A stretch of DNA of 64,000 bases from Macrostomum lignano (lineage: Eukaryota), in contig NIVC01001049.1 in NCBI GenBank assembly GCA_002269645.1, positions 186,001 through 250,000 of the forward strand. Direction: 5' to 3'. Positions 26,201 to 38,769 of this stretch are shown in pieces. The notes under the pieces are model-generated. The model was not told the origin of the DNA. It did no database searches and saw nothing but the letters and a program-made list of their open reading frames with translations. Made by a program: the position numbers and the translations under genes. Within the stretch, counting starts at the first letter, position 1. The number at the start of each line of letters is the position of its first letter.

Positions 26201-27663
26201 CAATTGCGCTGTCGTGCCTGAGAGTCTGCGCGCCACTGCACTAGCGCTGATCCACCAGGGACATTGCGGCATCGTCAAGATGAAGCACCGAGCTCGCGAT
26301 ACCATCTGGTGGCCGGGAATCGACGCCCAACTGGAGGATCTGGCCAAGTCCTGCATCAGCTGCTGCTTGGCGGAGAAGTGGAAGCGACCCGCTGCTCCAT
26401 CGCAGACGACCGAGTGGCCCAAAGAGCCGTGGCACACGATTCAGCTTGACATCTTCGGCGAGATCCACGAAGCGCTTGCCAGCAGCCGATTCGCAATCGT
26501 TGCCATTGACCTGCACTCCAAGTGGCCAGAGATTCGGACTACGGCTTTGGTGACAGCCGAGGTTATCGCCGACTTCCTCAAGGACCTGTTCGCTCGATGG
26601 GGACTGCCAGGCAAGATCGTGACTGACAACGGGCCGCAGTTCACCAGCCACGCCTTCAAGGAATTTCTAGCCAGCCACAGTGTTCAGCATGCAAAAACCT
26701 CGCTGTACCATCCGCAGTCAAACTCGAATGTCAAGCGCCTCAACTGCACCCTGAAGGAGTCGCTGAAGGCGCACCTCAAGGACGGCATCAGCTTCAAGGA
26801 GGCAATCCGCGAGTTCCTGCAATGCTACCGGTCGACAGCAAATGCAACCACGGGCCTGACACCAGCTGAGCTGATGGTCGGTCGGCCGTTTCGAGGACCT
26901 CTGAGCCAGTGGAGTCGAGGCATCCGCCCCCTGAGTCCAACGGTGCCATCGGGGACCGAGCGTCGAGTCCAGGCCAACAAGGAGAAGGCCAGGCTGGCCA
27001 CCGACTGGCGCCGAGGAGCCCGACCCTCGAGACTGCAGGCTGGCGACTCCGTGCGCGTCCGCAGGCCACAGACGGCCAACAAGCTGGCGACAAGGCTTGG
27101 CGAGACTCGAAGGATCACCCGGCGGCTGGGCCCGGAGTCCTGGCTGCTAGACAACGGCACGCGATGGCACTCTGACAACCTGGTTCGCGTTTCGAGTACA
27201 CTGTCAGCGGATAGCGACACAACTGATGCCGGACTCGGTGCTCTGATGGCGCCAACACCAGCGCCAGCGCTAGCGCCGCCGGCAAGGGCGCCGACCAACG
27301 AGACGCCACCGACTCTGCCGAGACGAAGCGGCCGAACCAGAAGAGCTCCGGTCCGGTTCAGCCCGAATTGATTTGCGAACTGAATAACTTTTGACTGTGC
27401 ATTGCTTCTGTTTGCTTTTTTGAGGGGGTGATGTTGTGTACGGCTTGTACGCCGGTTAGGGTTCTTGCGTTCTGATTGGCTGGGGGGTTTTGTCTGTTTG
27501 CCCAGACCGGCCTAGGCCGGGTGGGGGGTTTGCTGAATCATGCTGGATGGTAGGTAAATTATAATATAAGTGCGCACTGGCCTTTCAAGCCTTTGTTACT
27601 TTTCTACCCTGCAATCGCTTCTCGCATCGTATTCATTTGGCCATGCTGCCTCAAAGTACAACA
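23222..27663 (+). mobile_element. Full-length, inactivated Ty3/Gypsy (Mag-like) LTR retrotransposon
   Basis: LTRs 23222-23446 (225 bp) and 27432-27663 (232 bp) with TGTTG...CAACA ends. TSD GGTAC (23217-23221 and 27664-27668). PBS TGGCGACGAG (tRNA-Ser-like). PPT GAGGGGGTGA. Domain order gag-PR-RT-RH-IN. Confidence 0.97.
23446..27371 (+). pseudogene. pol: Disrupted gag-pol of the Mag-like element
   Basis: Two zinc knuckles (CGNCGRAGH...C, CLHCHKVGHFKAC), PR LLDTGS, RT SVDD, RNaseH VECDAS, IN HQGH..CISC / IVTDNG. TAG stops at 24685-7 and 25654-6, a frameshift near 25737, and the third DDE acidic residue appears to be K (SNVKRLN). Confidence 0.92.
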
Positions 27664-29559
27664 GGTACGGTATGCTCTGTACCTTCACATAGAAAACCTA
27701 GAGTATATATGCATGACTAGACTACACGATATAATATAATATGCATTATTTAGCATAAAGCATAAAGTGTGTTTGCCAAGTAAAGCAATCTTCTTTATCA
27801 GTCACATCTATATTTCCTTATTTTTTTATCAATGTACAGTTGGAACCTACTATGTTCAGTGAGGATTAAGAAAAGGCAAGAAATAAAACTATACTTTGTT
27901 CCTAAATAGGAAACTAAAAGTTTAGAGATATATTCATATAATCAAGAAAAACCTACCTCTTAGAGTTTTGTCTTCATAATTTATACCCATGCATAACAAG
28001 AATAGCATGGCCTATTGCACTGTGAATTTGCTATAAATGAGACTTGGTTCTTGGTTTTTTGGTATGCATTAATTAAAAAAAGTCAAAAGCTAATAATTAT
28101 TTTGCTAATATATTGCATGAATGTTATTGAGAACAAAGAAATATATGTTCTTATTGTATATTTTGCCTAATATATATATTTTTAAAAAGTAGAATTTTAT
28201 TTATATAATAGATTGCCTATGTCTATACTATTTATTTTATTTCAGTATTAACATTTTATTGATGGCTTATTCAATTGGAGTGCCTATTGGCCCAATGAAG
28301 AAGAAGAATTCTTATTAGATAGGTAGCAGCATAGCCATGATTTTTAGAAGAGTCTATCTAATATATTAAAAAGCATTGATCTAAAAAATATCAAAGGAAA
28401 TATATAGCAATATTATTAAAAAACACAAAAAAAACAAAAAATTAAACCAGATTTTTATTTTAATAAAATGGTTCTGCAAAAAAATTACATAATGATACCA
28501 AAATTAAAATCTAGTTTTAATTATCCAAATCTTCTATAGCCTACCTATGCACCTATGTAGAATCAATTCATTTGAATAAGAGCTCTATTCAAGCAAATAG
28601 TTTCAAAACGCATTTTATACAAGGTTGATCTTGTTTACTATGAATCTAGATTAATCTAGCATGATCTAGACAATGAATAGACTGTACTCTAATACTCAGA
28701 TCAGGTGGCCTGTACGCCGAACTACAAATTGGCGTACACTCGGCGTACATTTGTGCATGCAAATAAACAATTTGGCATTAAAACCAGTAGCAGCTTGATG
28801 CTGGAGTTATAATTAAGCATCATACGCCATTTACCACTTGCCAGTTGCCATTAGGAAAGTGAACACGAAAACTACAGCTTATATTAAAAATTCCGACTCG
28901 TCGTTCAAGTTGAATTTCAGTTGTATAATTAATTGCGCGATCATTAAAATGATTATTTACTTTTTTGCCATATTTTGTGTGTATCATGTTTAGGAAAGTG
29001 TGTTTTAAATATTTTTATAACCTTTTTGTAGGACGCTTCTAAAACTTGTGTGTAATTGAATTTTTGCCGCATTCGCTTGACAATTACAGAGTGGTTCCTG
29101 GCAGGCGCGGATCCAGAAAATCTTGAACCGATGCACATTACTAAGTTATTAAAAGCATACGAATTTCATATACACAAAACACAATTTCAAGTGTTTAAGC
29201 CAAGGACCACTATATAGCTATATGGCTATGGCTATATATGGCTATATATAGTTATATACAGTGGTCCTTGGTTTAAGCTAGTGTGCAAAAACTAAGACAC
29301 TTGCACACCAGGGCCAGAAATCATTGTCTTCATTCATAAAAACTCTGCCATTCATAAGCACCTGCTTGATGTGATGAGTTGTTAGTGTGAGCCAATTTAT
29401 TTAAATATTTAACATTATTGATCGTCGCAACTTTGACTTTAAACTGACCATTCTCGAAGCTCGCTCCGTAGTAAACAAATTTTAATTAAACACATCAGAA
29501 CAACAATAACAAAATACGCGGTCTGCATCACAAGGGGTGCCACATGGCCGGATCGCAAA

Positions 29560-30330
29560 AGAACGCCACGCCGCCGACCGAATCCGGGGCGCCGGCGTCA
29601 GCCAGCAGACAGTCGATGAAACGCCGAGTGCGGGCCTGCCGCCCCCGGTAGGGTGCCGGCAGCGTTAGCAGCAGCACCTACTGCATCAGTTGTGGGCAGT
29701 TGGTCTCAGTGTGGATGATGTGACTTGCCAGCTGAAGTCGCCGACGGCGCAGCAGGTCTCTTGGACGGACCAGGCCGGCGCGGTGATACAATGCCGCGTT
29801 GGTCTACTCGCTCGTAACCGATCTTGAAAGCGCAGGCCAGTGTGAGCCGCGTCAACAAAGAGAAACTGCTGACAACTCGATAGCTCCGTCGCCTGTCCAT
29901 CAGCGCTTCGGCACACGAAATCGCAGAGCACAACGGTTTTCTGAGCGTTGACCACCAGGCCGACGCTCGCCGCAACAGCAACCAGCTTATCCCTGCAGTT
30001 GTCGCTGGGCGCCCTCGACAGTTAAGGACAGCAGGGCGAGATCGTCGGCGTAGCCAAGCACGCTGAGCCGTCTCTCCGGTGGACGTCGACACACGCGTCG
30101 CCGAAACAGAGAGCCGTCGCCGTTGGTAGGAAGAGCGGTCCGCAGCGCCCAGTCAAGCACCAGAACAAACAGGAACGGCGCAAGCGTATCTCCGTGAAGC
30201 ACCCCGGATGATGTCTCAAAGAAGTCCGATAGGCCGTCCAATGTTGAAACATCAACTCCCGTATCTCCTCTGCCGGCAACGACATCTCCGGCGGCAGCGT
30301 CTAATTGTCTGGCAGCGGGGGGTGGCGGCG
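29560..30330 (-). mobile_element. 5'-truncated, decayed non-LTR (LINE) reverse transcriptase fragment
   Basis: GVLHGDTLAPFLFVLVLDW...LGYADDLALL, matching the LINE RT QG-x-LSPxLF and YADD motifs; frameshifted downstream. Confidence 0.85.
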
Positions 30331-30659
30331 GCGGTCGCGACAGATCGCGACGGATCATTATATTCTGCTCATTAACACGCAATTTCAACGACGCAAAGCA
30401 ATATTAATCAATCACATCCCAACAGCAAAAGAGACGAACAGCAGGCAAGCAAACGTCTATGGCCGAAGCAGCGCGAGAGGTGGGAAAAGCGACTCCAACC
30501 CCGAAAAAGGAGGAGAAAGGAGAGAACAGGGGGGATATAAGCAAGGAGGCAGTCAAGGTTGCAAAGCCAGGCCACGAACGCCAAGGTAAAACGCCAAAGG
30601 GCCAATACAACGAGCGAGTAAGCAGTCAAGAGGCCAGGCAGGCGGGCAAAGGACGCCTC

Positions 30660-31007
30660 ATCAGAGAAATACCGAAAGACGCAGTCTGAACGCCAGTCGC
30701 CCATGCAACGGAAGTCGGCGATTGAGAGGCCTGACTGAAAGGCAGCGCTGGCCCCGCCTCTACGCAGGCTGTGACCCGAGAAGCCGCACTCGCCAAAGCC
30801 GCACAGAGACATGCCCCGCTTTAGGAGCCGGATGAACATAGCGGCAGACAAGCGAGTCCGGCCGCGGCTGTCTAGGACAGAAAACAGGGGCTGCTGCGAC
30901 GCGTAGATTTGATTCTCGCGCAGATGAGTTGCTAGTGCGGAAGCGGGGCAGATAAGCCGGCATTCGGAGGCCTGTGGCAGAAAAACTTTTAGTTGCCTCC
31001 CCAACAA
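30660..31007 (-). mobile_element. Tyrosine recombinase C-terminal fragment (DIRS/Ngaro/Crypton-type)
   Basis: CPASAL...PLF...FSGHSLRRGGASAAF...MGDWRSDCVFRY, containing the HxxR motif and the catalytic Tyr box. Confidence 0.8.
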
Positions 31008-31740
31008 TTAAAGTCTGGAAAGATAAGTGAGGCAAATCTGCCCTAATTATAATCTGTATAATAAATTCTATTTTTCTTTATTTAAAATATTTTACAGTTA
31101 ACTATCCATTCAAATGAACATATTCACAGATACGAGTAAATATGCACACACAGAAAGTCGCAAAGTCGTAACAATCAACGTTCGTGATGAATATTTTTGA
31201 AAGCATCAATAGAAAACGCCAATATACACTCGTACATTTTCAATATTGTTACACAACAATGTACCTACATTTGTATGCTATAATACACATAATTACAGAA
31301 TCGATTTTTACATTAGTTCGGTATTAATTATTTACAACAAAGAAAGACAAGTGAAGAAACGCGAAAGACGAAAAGACAAAGTAAAGAAACGAAAGACAAG
31401 TCAAGAGAATTTCTTTCATGTATTTCAAACATTGTTAGTCGTTTTGTCTTGGCCCTCCGTTGCCAGTTTCTTTAGCTTCAGCAGCTTCTGTGTAGCGCCA
31501 TCGATAATAAAATCGATAACAAGACTTTCCCGTGAACGGCAACTTCCTGTTCGAAATCGCGAACTCCTGCTGATGATTTCGTTGGCTTCAAAGAAAAGAA
31601 GTTGCATCTGGGTGCCTGTTGCTTTCTGCTTGATTGCAAGGCACTTTGACTTCTTTGGTCAATTCAAAGCAGAATATTCAGCAGAGTGCTGCCAGACACT
31701 GCTCAGTTGAAGCAGTTGCTTAACTCCAATGTGAAATTAC

Positions 31741-33429
31741 TCAGAATTTTCGCTCCGACCGGCGCTCCCGAGTGCTGCCCGTCCTGCGCTCCTTGATTTC
31801 CACCTGCAGGAAGCAGCTGTTCTCCTTGACGCACCTTTCCCTGAATTCGTCCAGCGTAGCCAGCTTCGGCTCCCCGCAGCAAACCAGGAAGTCGCCCTCT
31901 GCAGCCGTAGGCCGCTGCTTGCCTGTCGTGTCAATCGGCAAAGTCTTCACAAAGTCGTGCCGGCGGTCTTTCAGGTTGACCAGTCTGATCATGACTTCAC
32001 CGACGATCGGCCAGTCGCGGGGGTCGTCCACCTGGCTGGCGATGTGCACAATGTACACCGACAGATGGCTGTTGAAGCCAGTCTCCCAGCCGTTCAAGTA
32101 CAGCTGGATTCGGAAAGTTGGACCGAACCGGCGGAGAAAGAAAGGCACCGAGCATTCGGGAGTCAGAGACTCTCGCTGCTTTGAAGTCAGGTCCTTCAGC
32201 CTCCAGGTCAGACTGCCGTCATAGCTAGTGGATTCCAGGTCCAGCAGTCGGGTTTCCAGTTTCGCCAATTGCTGCAGCAGCGGCTGCTGAAGTGCATCCC
32301 GATTCGGCAGCACCGAGCTTGACGTCGGTGATGCATCGTTTTCCCGACCCGTCCTCCGGTGTTCAAGCTGGCGAGCTCTGTCGCCAAAGTTCTGCAGCGA
32401 CTGGCGCATCTGGGATATACCTCCGAACCTGTCAGCCACCTGCTCGAATTCAAGCATCGTGTGGGCCCAGTTAGCAACGCTTATCTGCATCTTCTTGAAT
32501 GCTTCGTGTATGCACTCCGTTTTCCGTTTCAGCTCAGAGAGCTCTTGAGCTGAATGAGGCAGTTCCTCTAAGCCGCTACGAGTAGTACGCATCGGTGGCA
32601 TCGGTGGCCCAGGAATCGCAGCGGCAGATCCAAGTTGCCGAAGCTTCTCATCTAAGAGAGTGATGTGCGCGTCCGAATCCTCCTTGTAGTGCCTCTCCAG
32701 ATCGGACCTGCGCACCATCGCCCTGCAGCCCAGGTGAGAGTACTTGCACTCTACCGGTCTCTCGGGACACTCCGACAGGTGAGAAACGTAGGCACGTCTA
32801 TCCAGCTTCTTTCTACTGTTACAGTGAGGACAGCGAGCTGAGAATCTCGGACAGCACACATCGGACTGCAGATTCCTGTGACTGGTCTCCATCTCGCTGT
32901 GTGTGACCAGCTGAGAGCACAGGTCGCAGGTCTCCTTCCTGTGGCGACACTCGCTGCTGGTGTGTCGCTGCATGTCCTTCTTCAGGATGAGCTCTTTGCA
33001 CTGCTCACAGCGGAGTGAGTGCCAGTCGCAGCTCTGTTGCACATGCTGGTCCATGCGAGCCCATTCGAGTTGGACAGAGCAGCCGGCGTCGCAGTTCGGA
33101 CAGCGGACTCGCAGCTTGGCGACCTCGCGTCTCGTCGCCATGTCGGGAAAGCAGGTAGCCTGGCTCACCTCGGTCTCGACCTCGCCGCCGCCAGCGTCCT
33201 CCTCCGAGTGGTGGTCTCTGAGTGTGCAGGCCTCGGTGTGTCCGGGACAGGGCCGCTTCTCCACCTCGTGCAGCAGGCCGGTGACGCAGGCGTGGCACAG
33301 GCGGCACCCGTGCGGAGTCTGTCGGGCGTTGAAGAGCGGCTTGTAGCAGCTGCTGCACTGCAGGTGAGCCGGCAGATTGGAGACCGGCCTCGCTGCCGAC
33401 ACTCTTTGTGGAAGTTCCAGCTGGGACAT
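31741..33429 (-). CDS. TRAF-like protein, copy A (RING, TRAF zinc fingers, coiled coil, MATH/TRAF-C), 562 aa, intronless
   Basis: RING CSSC...QTPHGCRLCHAC, TRAF-type zinc fingers (CPNCDAGC...H...C; CEQC...H...C), coiled coil, and MATH SYDGSLTWRL...LYLNG...HLSVYI...DWP...VKENSCFLQVEI. Confidence 0.93.
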   Translation of the reverse strand: MSQLELPQRVSAARPVSNLPAHLQCSSCYKPLFNARQTPHGCRLCHACVTGLLHEVEKRPCPGHTEACTLRDHHSEEDAGGGEVETEVSQATCFPDMATRREVAKLRVRCPNCDAGCSVQLEWARMDQHVQQSCDWHSLRCEQCKELILKKDMQRHTSSECRHRKETCDLCSQLVTHSEMETSHRNLQSDVCCPRFSARCPHCNSRKKLDRRAYVSHLSECPERPVECKYSHLGCRAMVRRSDLERHYKEDSDAHITLLDEKLRQLGSAAAIPGPPMPPMRTTRSGLEELPHSAQELSELKRKTECIHEAFKKMQISVANWAHTMLEFEQVADRFGGISQMRQSLQNFGDRARQLEHRRTGRENDASPTSSSVLPNRDALQQPLLQQLAKLETRLLDLESTSYDGSLTWRLKDLTSKQRESLTPECSVPFFLRRFGPTFRIQLYLNGWETGFNSHLSVYIVHIASQVDDPRDWPIVGEVMIRLVNLKDRRHDFVKTLPIDTTGKQRPTAAEGDFLVCCGEPKLATLDEFRERCVKENSCFLQVEIKERRTGSTRERRSERKF

Positions 33430-34837
33430 GGCTTACAGAGAGTGGGCTCAGTGTTTATGATAAAATTTATATAAACTTTGATGATATTGTTAGATTTCTT
33501 TTAAGTTTTAACGCTTAAAATGTCATTTGATGTAGTTCTAAACGTACTTATAAATTTTCCTTGTGCTGAAAAAAGTGTTGAGTCATTTAATATAATACGT
33601 TAAGTTTGGGGTAGTACAATTTTCGATGCAGGCAGCCAAGTAGAATCTTCCTCGAGGGTAAATGCTATTGGTGGGTCATTGGTGGGACACGAACAGCGAC
33701 AAAATATACTACCTCATGGCTGAGGTAATTTTTCGCATTGCGCCGACCAAGACGGTACTACTCAGCTGGGATGTCTTCAGGAGACTAGCCAGCAATGGCG
33801 TACTTGTTTTCCTCTCCGAGGCTATTTAGCTTGTCGTATTGTCGTATATTTTTGTATTGCATGACTCAGCGAGTGAGTCCACTCGCTGTATTACGAGCTC
33901 GTATTTTTATTGATTTATTGACCATTGTGCGTAGTGACTTATTCTCTCTTCGTGTGTGCATTCTTTTAAACCTGTAGCGCTCTTAAGCGTCTCGTGCAGC
34001 GTACGTGTTTTAGGTCTAATGGCGCTGATTAATTTTTCATAAGTTTCGTATTTGTCGTACTCAACAAACTTCAGAGTTGTTTTAGTAATAAAATTTTAAA
34101 ATTGACGCGTTCCCTGTTGTTAGGAGAGCAGGGGCTACATGACACAACCTTCGGAAACAAAGTGTTGCCGATATTGCACTTAAATATAGCTGGGAAAATT
34201 TTTTATGCCAGCTCAGTGTAAAGCAACACTTCACGGTCTTAACTTGACAAGAAAGACAAAATTAAACACCAAGTTTTCTATTTAGTTTTTATAATAGCAA
34301 TCGCCTCGAATTTTTCCTTCAAATTACCAGCTATATTTTCAGCAGGCTGTACCTCGTTACCTAAAAACTATAGCATCCTGCCTTTCTAAAGCGTTTCTTT
34401 TGTTAGCCAGTCGCTACTATAGAATAATAATTCTTCACCTCATGCCCAGTCTTATAGTATCCGTGAAGCTAAAGAGCTCAGTTGCCATTGTTGTAACTCA
34501 CTAAATATATTTAGGAGCACGTCAGATTCAAGCTAAGATTCATTCTGCTTGTACCTACTACATGTATGCCTGGTGGTTACGTGCCGTGTACTATTTTTAT
34601 CACGGCGTGTGATCTATTTTTAGCATCACCAAACAGCTCTCGGTAGGTGAACTGCACATGTGTTTGTATTTTTGCGCTTTGCCCAATAGGCATTCCAACA
34701 GCCAGCTTTAAAGTACAAATCATGAATAGTACAGAGATTCTGAGGCAATATAGAAAAAGGCCATGGCTATCCCTCCGTTGTCATGATGCGACCAGTTTTT
34801 GAATATTCTACCTATACATTGACTTTCTTACATGCTC

Positions 34838-36086
34838 TCAATCTAAGAAAACTGCAAAGGATGAAGCTGGAGCTCGCACATGGGTAGCACCGGTGTGGAG
34901 TAGAGTCGCACAGGAGAGTCGGCTGTTTGCAGCTCGGACAGCTGAAAAGACAGCGTGGGCCGTTTTTTAGAAATCAAAGACAGACCATTTTTAGTATATA
35001 GGATATTCAACATAAAAACTGCATGCAAAACTGCAACCCACCGAATAAAGCAGCTGATCAACAGACACTGCGGCACTGGTGATGGAATCCTGAGCCGATG
35101 TGACTAAATAGCGATGGGACCGCTGCGGACTCTCATCAGCTGATGGTTCTAGAATCAATGTAGCAGCGCAGCGATTGGGTACACACTGTAGTACTATGAA
35201 GAGTCGAAATAGACTAATAAATTCCTAAAGCAGACACTTTATTACTCCCAACAGAAAACTCACCATGAGACCGAAGTATGAAGATACGAAAGACAATGAA
35301 CTGCATAAACGAGTCCATGAGCTCAAGGTGAGAGTCCACGCTGTCCTTGCAGTGCCTCTCCAGATCGGACCTGCGCACCATCGCCCTGCAGCCCAGGTGA
35401 GAGTACTTGCACTCTACCGGTCTCTCGGGGCACTCCGACAGGTGAGCAACATATCCCCGCCTGTCCATCGGTGTGCTCCGCTCCGAGCAGTGAGGACAGC
35501 GAGCTGAGAATCTCGGACAGCACACATCGGACTGCAGATTCCTGTGACTGGTCTCCATCTCGCTGTGTGTGACCAGCTGAGAGCACAGGTCGCAGGTCTC
35601 CTTCCTGTGGCGACACTCGCTGCTGGTGTGTCGCTGCATGTCCTTCTTCAGAATGAGCTCTTTGCACTGCTCACAGCGGAGTGAGTGCCAGTCGCAGCTA
35701 TGTTGCACATGCTGGTCCATGCGAGCCCATTCGAGTTGGACAGAGCAGCCGGCGTCGCAGTTCGGACAGCGGACTCGCAGCTTGGCGACCTCGCGTCTCG
35801 TCGCCATGTCGGGAAAGCAGGTAGCCTGGCTCACGTCGATCTCGACCTCGCCGCCAGCGTCCTCCTCCGAGTGGTGGTCTTTGCAGGCCTCGGTGTGTCC
35901 GGGACAGGGCCGCTTCTCCACCTCGTGCAGCAGGCCGGTGACGCAGGCCTGACACAGGCGGCACCCGTGCGGAGTCTGTCGGGCGTTGAAGAGCGGCTTG
36001 GAGCAGCTGCTGCACTGCAGGTGAGCCAGCAGATCGGAGACCGGCCTGGCGGCCGACACTCTTTGTGGAAGTTCCAGCTGGGACAT
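34838..36086 (-). CDS. TRAF-like copy B (RING + zinc fingers, short unrelated tail, no MATH); exons 36086-35264 and putative 34941-34838
   Basis: Near-identical to the copy A N-terminal half. Phase-1 donor CATG|GTGAGT at 35263 and an in-frame acceptor TCTTTTCAG at 34942. Confidence 0.75.
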
Positions 36087-38049
36087 GTCTCACAGACACA
36101 GAGAGGGTTTAATGTTTCTGATAAAATAAATAAGCTGTTGCAATGATACTGCCGGATTTTTGAACAAAATTTGTCAGTTTATGTTTGAATTTCCTGTTTG
36201 ATGCTGTTCCGTACAGGTCTGAAGCAAGCTCTGAATTACTAATTATGTGCATTCTTGAATTGTGTGCATGATGTGGGCACTTTTCACTATGCGAGGCAGT
36301 TTGTCGTGTTATAAAAAATATATATGATTTTTTGTCAGTTCTGGTTTCTGCTTTTTTAATAATAGAAAGTTAGAGAGTGCTCTGGGCAGGGATTTCCCTG
36401 TTCTATTTTTAGACTTTGAACTACGCAGCTCTACGAGCTGCTGAAAGACGAACAAGTGGATTCGGGAATTGTTTTGTGCAATTCGCAGTTCATTTTCGGT
36501 GAGGGCTGCGTAAATTTGACGACTTTCGCATTGAACTAAATTTCAGAGTGAATAGTTGAACCGTTTGCTGCAAGTGAAAGTGAACCAAAAGTTAGAATGA
36601 CACTGCCGCCTTCAGATCTGAGAGCCAATATAAAAACTGAAATTCCAATGCACTCGATTGATAAATTCGTAAAAATTAAATTAGTAAATAATTGCACATT
36701 CAACTGCACTCGTAGCATTGAGAACCACCATAACGAATGTTTCTTTTTATAAGCGTTTTGTTTTCCGCATAAAATTCTACCTAATTTGTTAAAAAATGTT
36801 TAATTTTAGCTATTGCGTGTGAATTTAAAATAAAACAAGGTTTATTTTTACTCTTCAATAGTAGCTTCAATGCAGGCCGGTAGTTTAACATTCTTTTTTG
36901 TCCAATGCGTCAGACTGTTTTATGATTTTTATAAGTTTTTTATGCTTTGTTGCTCTTCTTTTAAAAAACAGATTTTGTTCGCTCGTGCGTTCGCTTCGAT
37001 AGGAATACATGTTCAAGTATCACAGGCCTCAATCCATTTGTCATGCTGGCTGTTTGCAGCACAACCTGCCTGCTACTTTTGAGACAAATCAAATGGGATC
37101 ACTTGTCTCTGGCTCAGAAAAATCATCCCACTGTTATTAGAAACTATAATTGCCATATTTATGCCAGAATAAGGAATGCGAGTATACGAGTATAATATGA
37201 GCAGAGTTACAAACTTGTTCTACTGGCACTGTAGTTACAGTCAGAAGTACCTTGACGCGCTATTTCGGGGAACTGCGTGGGGTTCTATTTCTGTGCAAAC
37301 CATGAGCGAGTTTGTTTTTAATATTCTGCCTTAAGGACATTTAGTCTGTCTTGGTATTACGAATTGGGGAAACGCCCCGACTTTCGCATGCAGAGCTTTC
37401 ATGAGAAAAATAGCAGCACTAATTGGGTTGCTCAAATTGGAAAGTCATGTAAGAAACCAACGCTTAAAACTTTAATATCTAAGTTTTTCTTAGCAGAATC
37501 GATTTGCAGTTTTACCAATTAATTTTGCTGCTTTGGCTTTGTGCTTTGGCTCAAATCTCAGCTCAAATGGGCATTACTGTTTTCTCATTTGGTCAGAGCA
37601 ACACCTCTCGTACTGACAGCAGAAACGAAAACTGTCGGCAAATTTGATAAAATTATGGATGGCATGGTTGAACCGAAATAAAACAAGGTACTACTCGTAG
37701 TAGCTTTCAGCGTCGCAAGTGCTTTGAAAATGAAAACGCCATTGAACATTGGTTTAGGGATCTCCTGTCGTTAAGCAAACAAGAATACCGATTTAGAACC
37801 CACGTCTTCCATAAAAATAAGAGCTATAGTACCATTTTTTAGTCCCAGTACACTCGTATCTATTTTGTATATCATTTTATTGAACTGCATGACTCAGACC
37901 AACTGCAAATTAATCTGAACAGACAGCACTTGAGCCGTCTAAAATTAAACATGACGTTGGAGCTAACTTTGAACAACTCCCAAGCTGTTTGACAGCTGCT
38001 TCTTGCCGTTCTTCTCGGTAAAAACTATGAAGTCTGCTGAAACACTCAG

Positions 38050-38478
38050 CAGAGCCACTCACGGGTAGAAAGAGTTGCAGAGCCACTCACAGGTAGAAAG
38101 AGTTGCAGAGCCACTCACAGGTAGAAAGATTTGCAGAGCCACTCACAGGTAGAAAGAGTTGCAGAGCCACTCACAGGTAGAAAGATTTGCAGAGCCACTC
38201 ACAGGTAGAAAGATTTGCAGAGCCACTCACAGGTAGAAAGAGTTGCAGAGCCACTCACAGGTAGAAAGAGTTGCAGAGCCACTCACAGGTAGAAAGATTT
38301 TCAGAGCCACTCACAGGTAGAAAGATTTGCAGAGCCACTCACAGGTAGAAAGAGTTGCAGAGCCACTCACAGGTAGAAAGAGTTGCAGAGCCACTCACAG
38401 GTAGAAAGATTTGCAGAGCCACTCACAGGTAGAAAGATTTGCAGAGCCACTCACAGGTAGAAAGATTTGCAGAGCCAC
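38050..38478. repeat. 28-bp minisatellite (GCAGAGCCACTCACAGGTAGAAAGAGTT)
   Basis: About 15 units. Confidence 0.95.
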
Positions 38479-38769
38479 CTACCACTTGATACCCAAGATT
38501 AGGAAAAGACAAAACTGAATCCGCAGAAAACTTTAGGCAAAATCTTTGTAAGCAGATGGAAAAGGTTTGCTTCATTTGAAGAAAACCACTTTGAATACAA
38601 AAAGTCAGTTCAACAAAAAATCCGTGGAAACAATGAAACTTGTTCCTCCGTATACTTTTATCTCCAAGGTCCCTCAATTCTTCCACAATAGCCATAAAAA
38701 ACTCACTGCAGAACTGCTAAACAACTGGATCGAACAAAAGGAAATCAATCGAATAGACCTTATAATTGC

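Noticed and set aside
31772-33474. Antisense ORFs over TRAF and retrotransposon coding regions (also elsewhere)
   Set aside because: Shadow ORFs typical of GC-rich coding DNA.
36389-36398. NF-kB-like site GGGATTTCCC about 300 bp upstream of TRAF copy B
   Set aside because: The degenerate consensus is expected several times by chance in 64 kb, and it is not seen at the equivalent position of the other copies.
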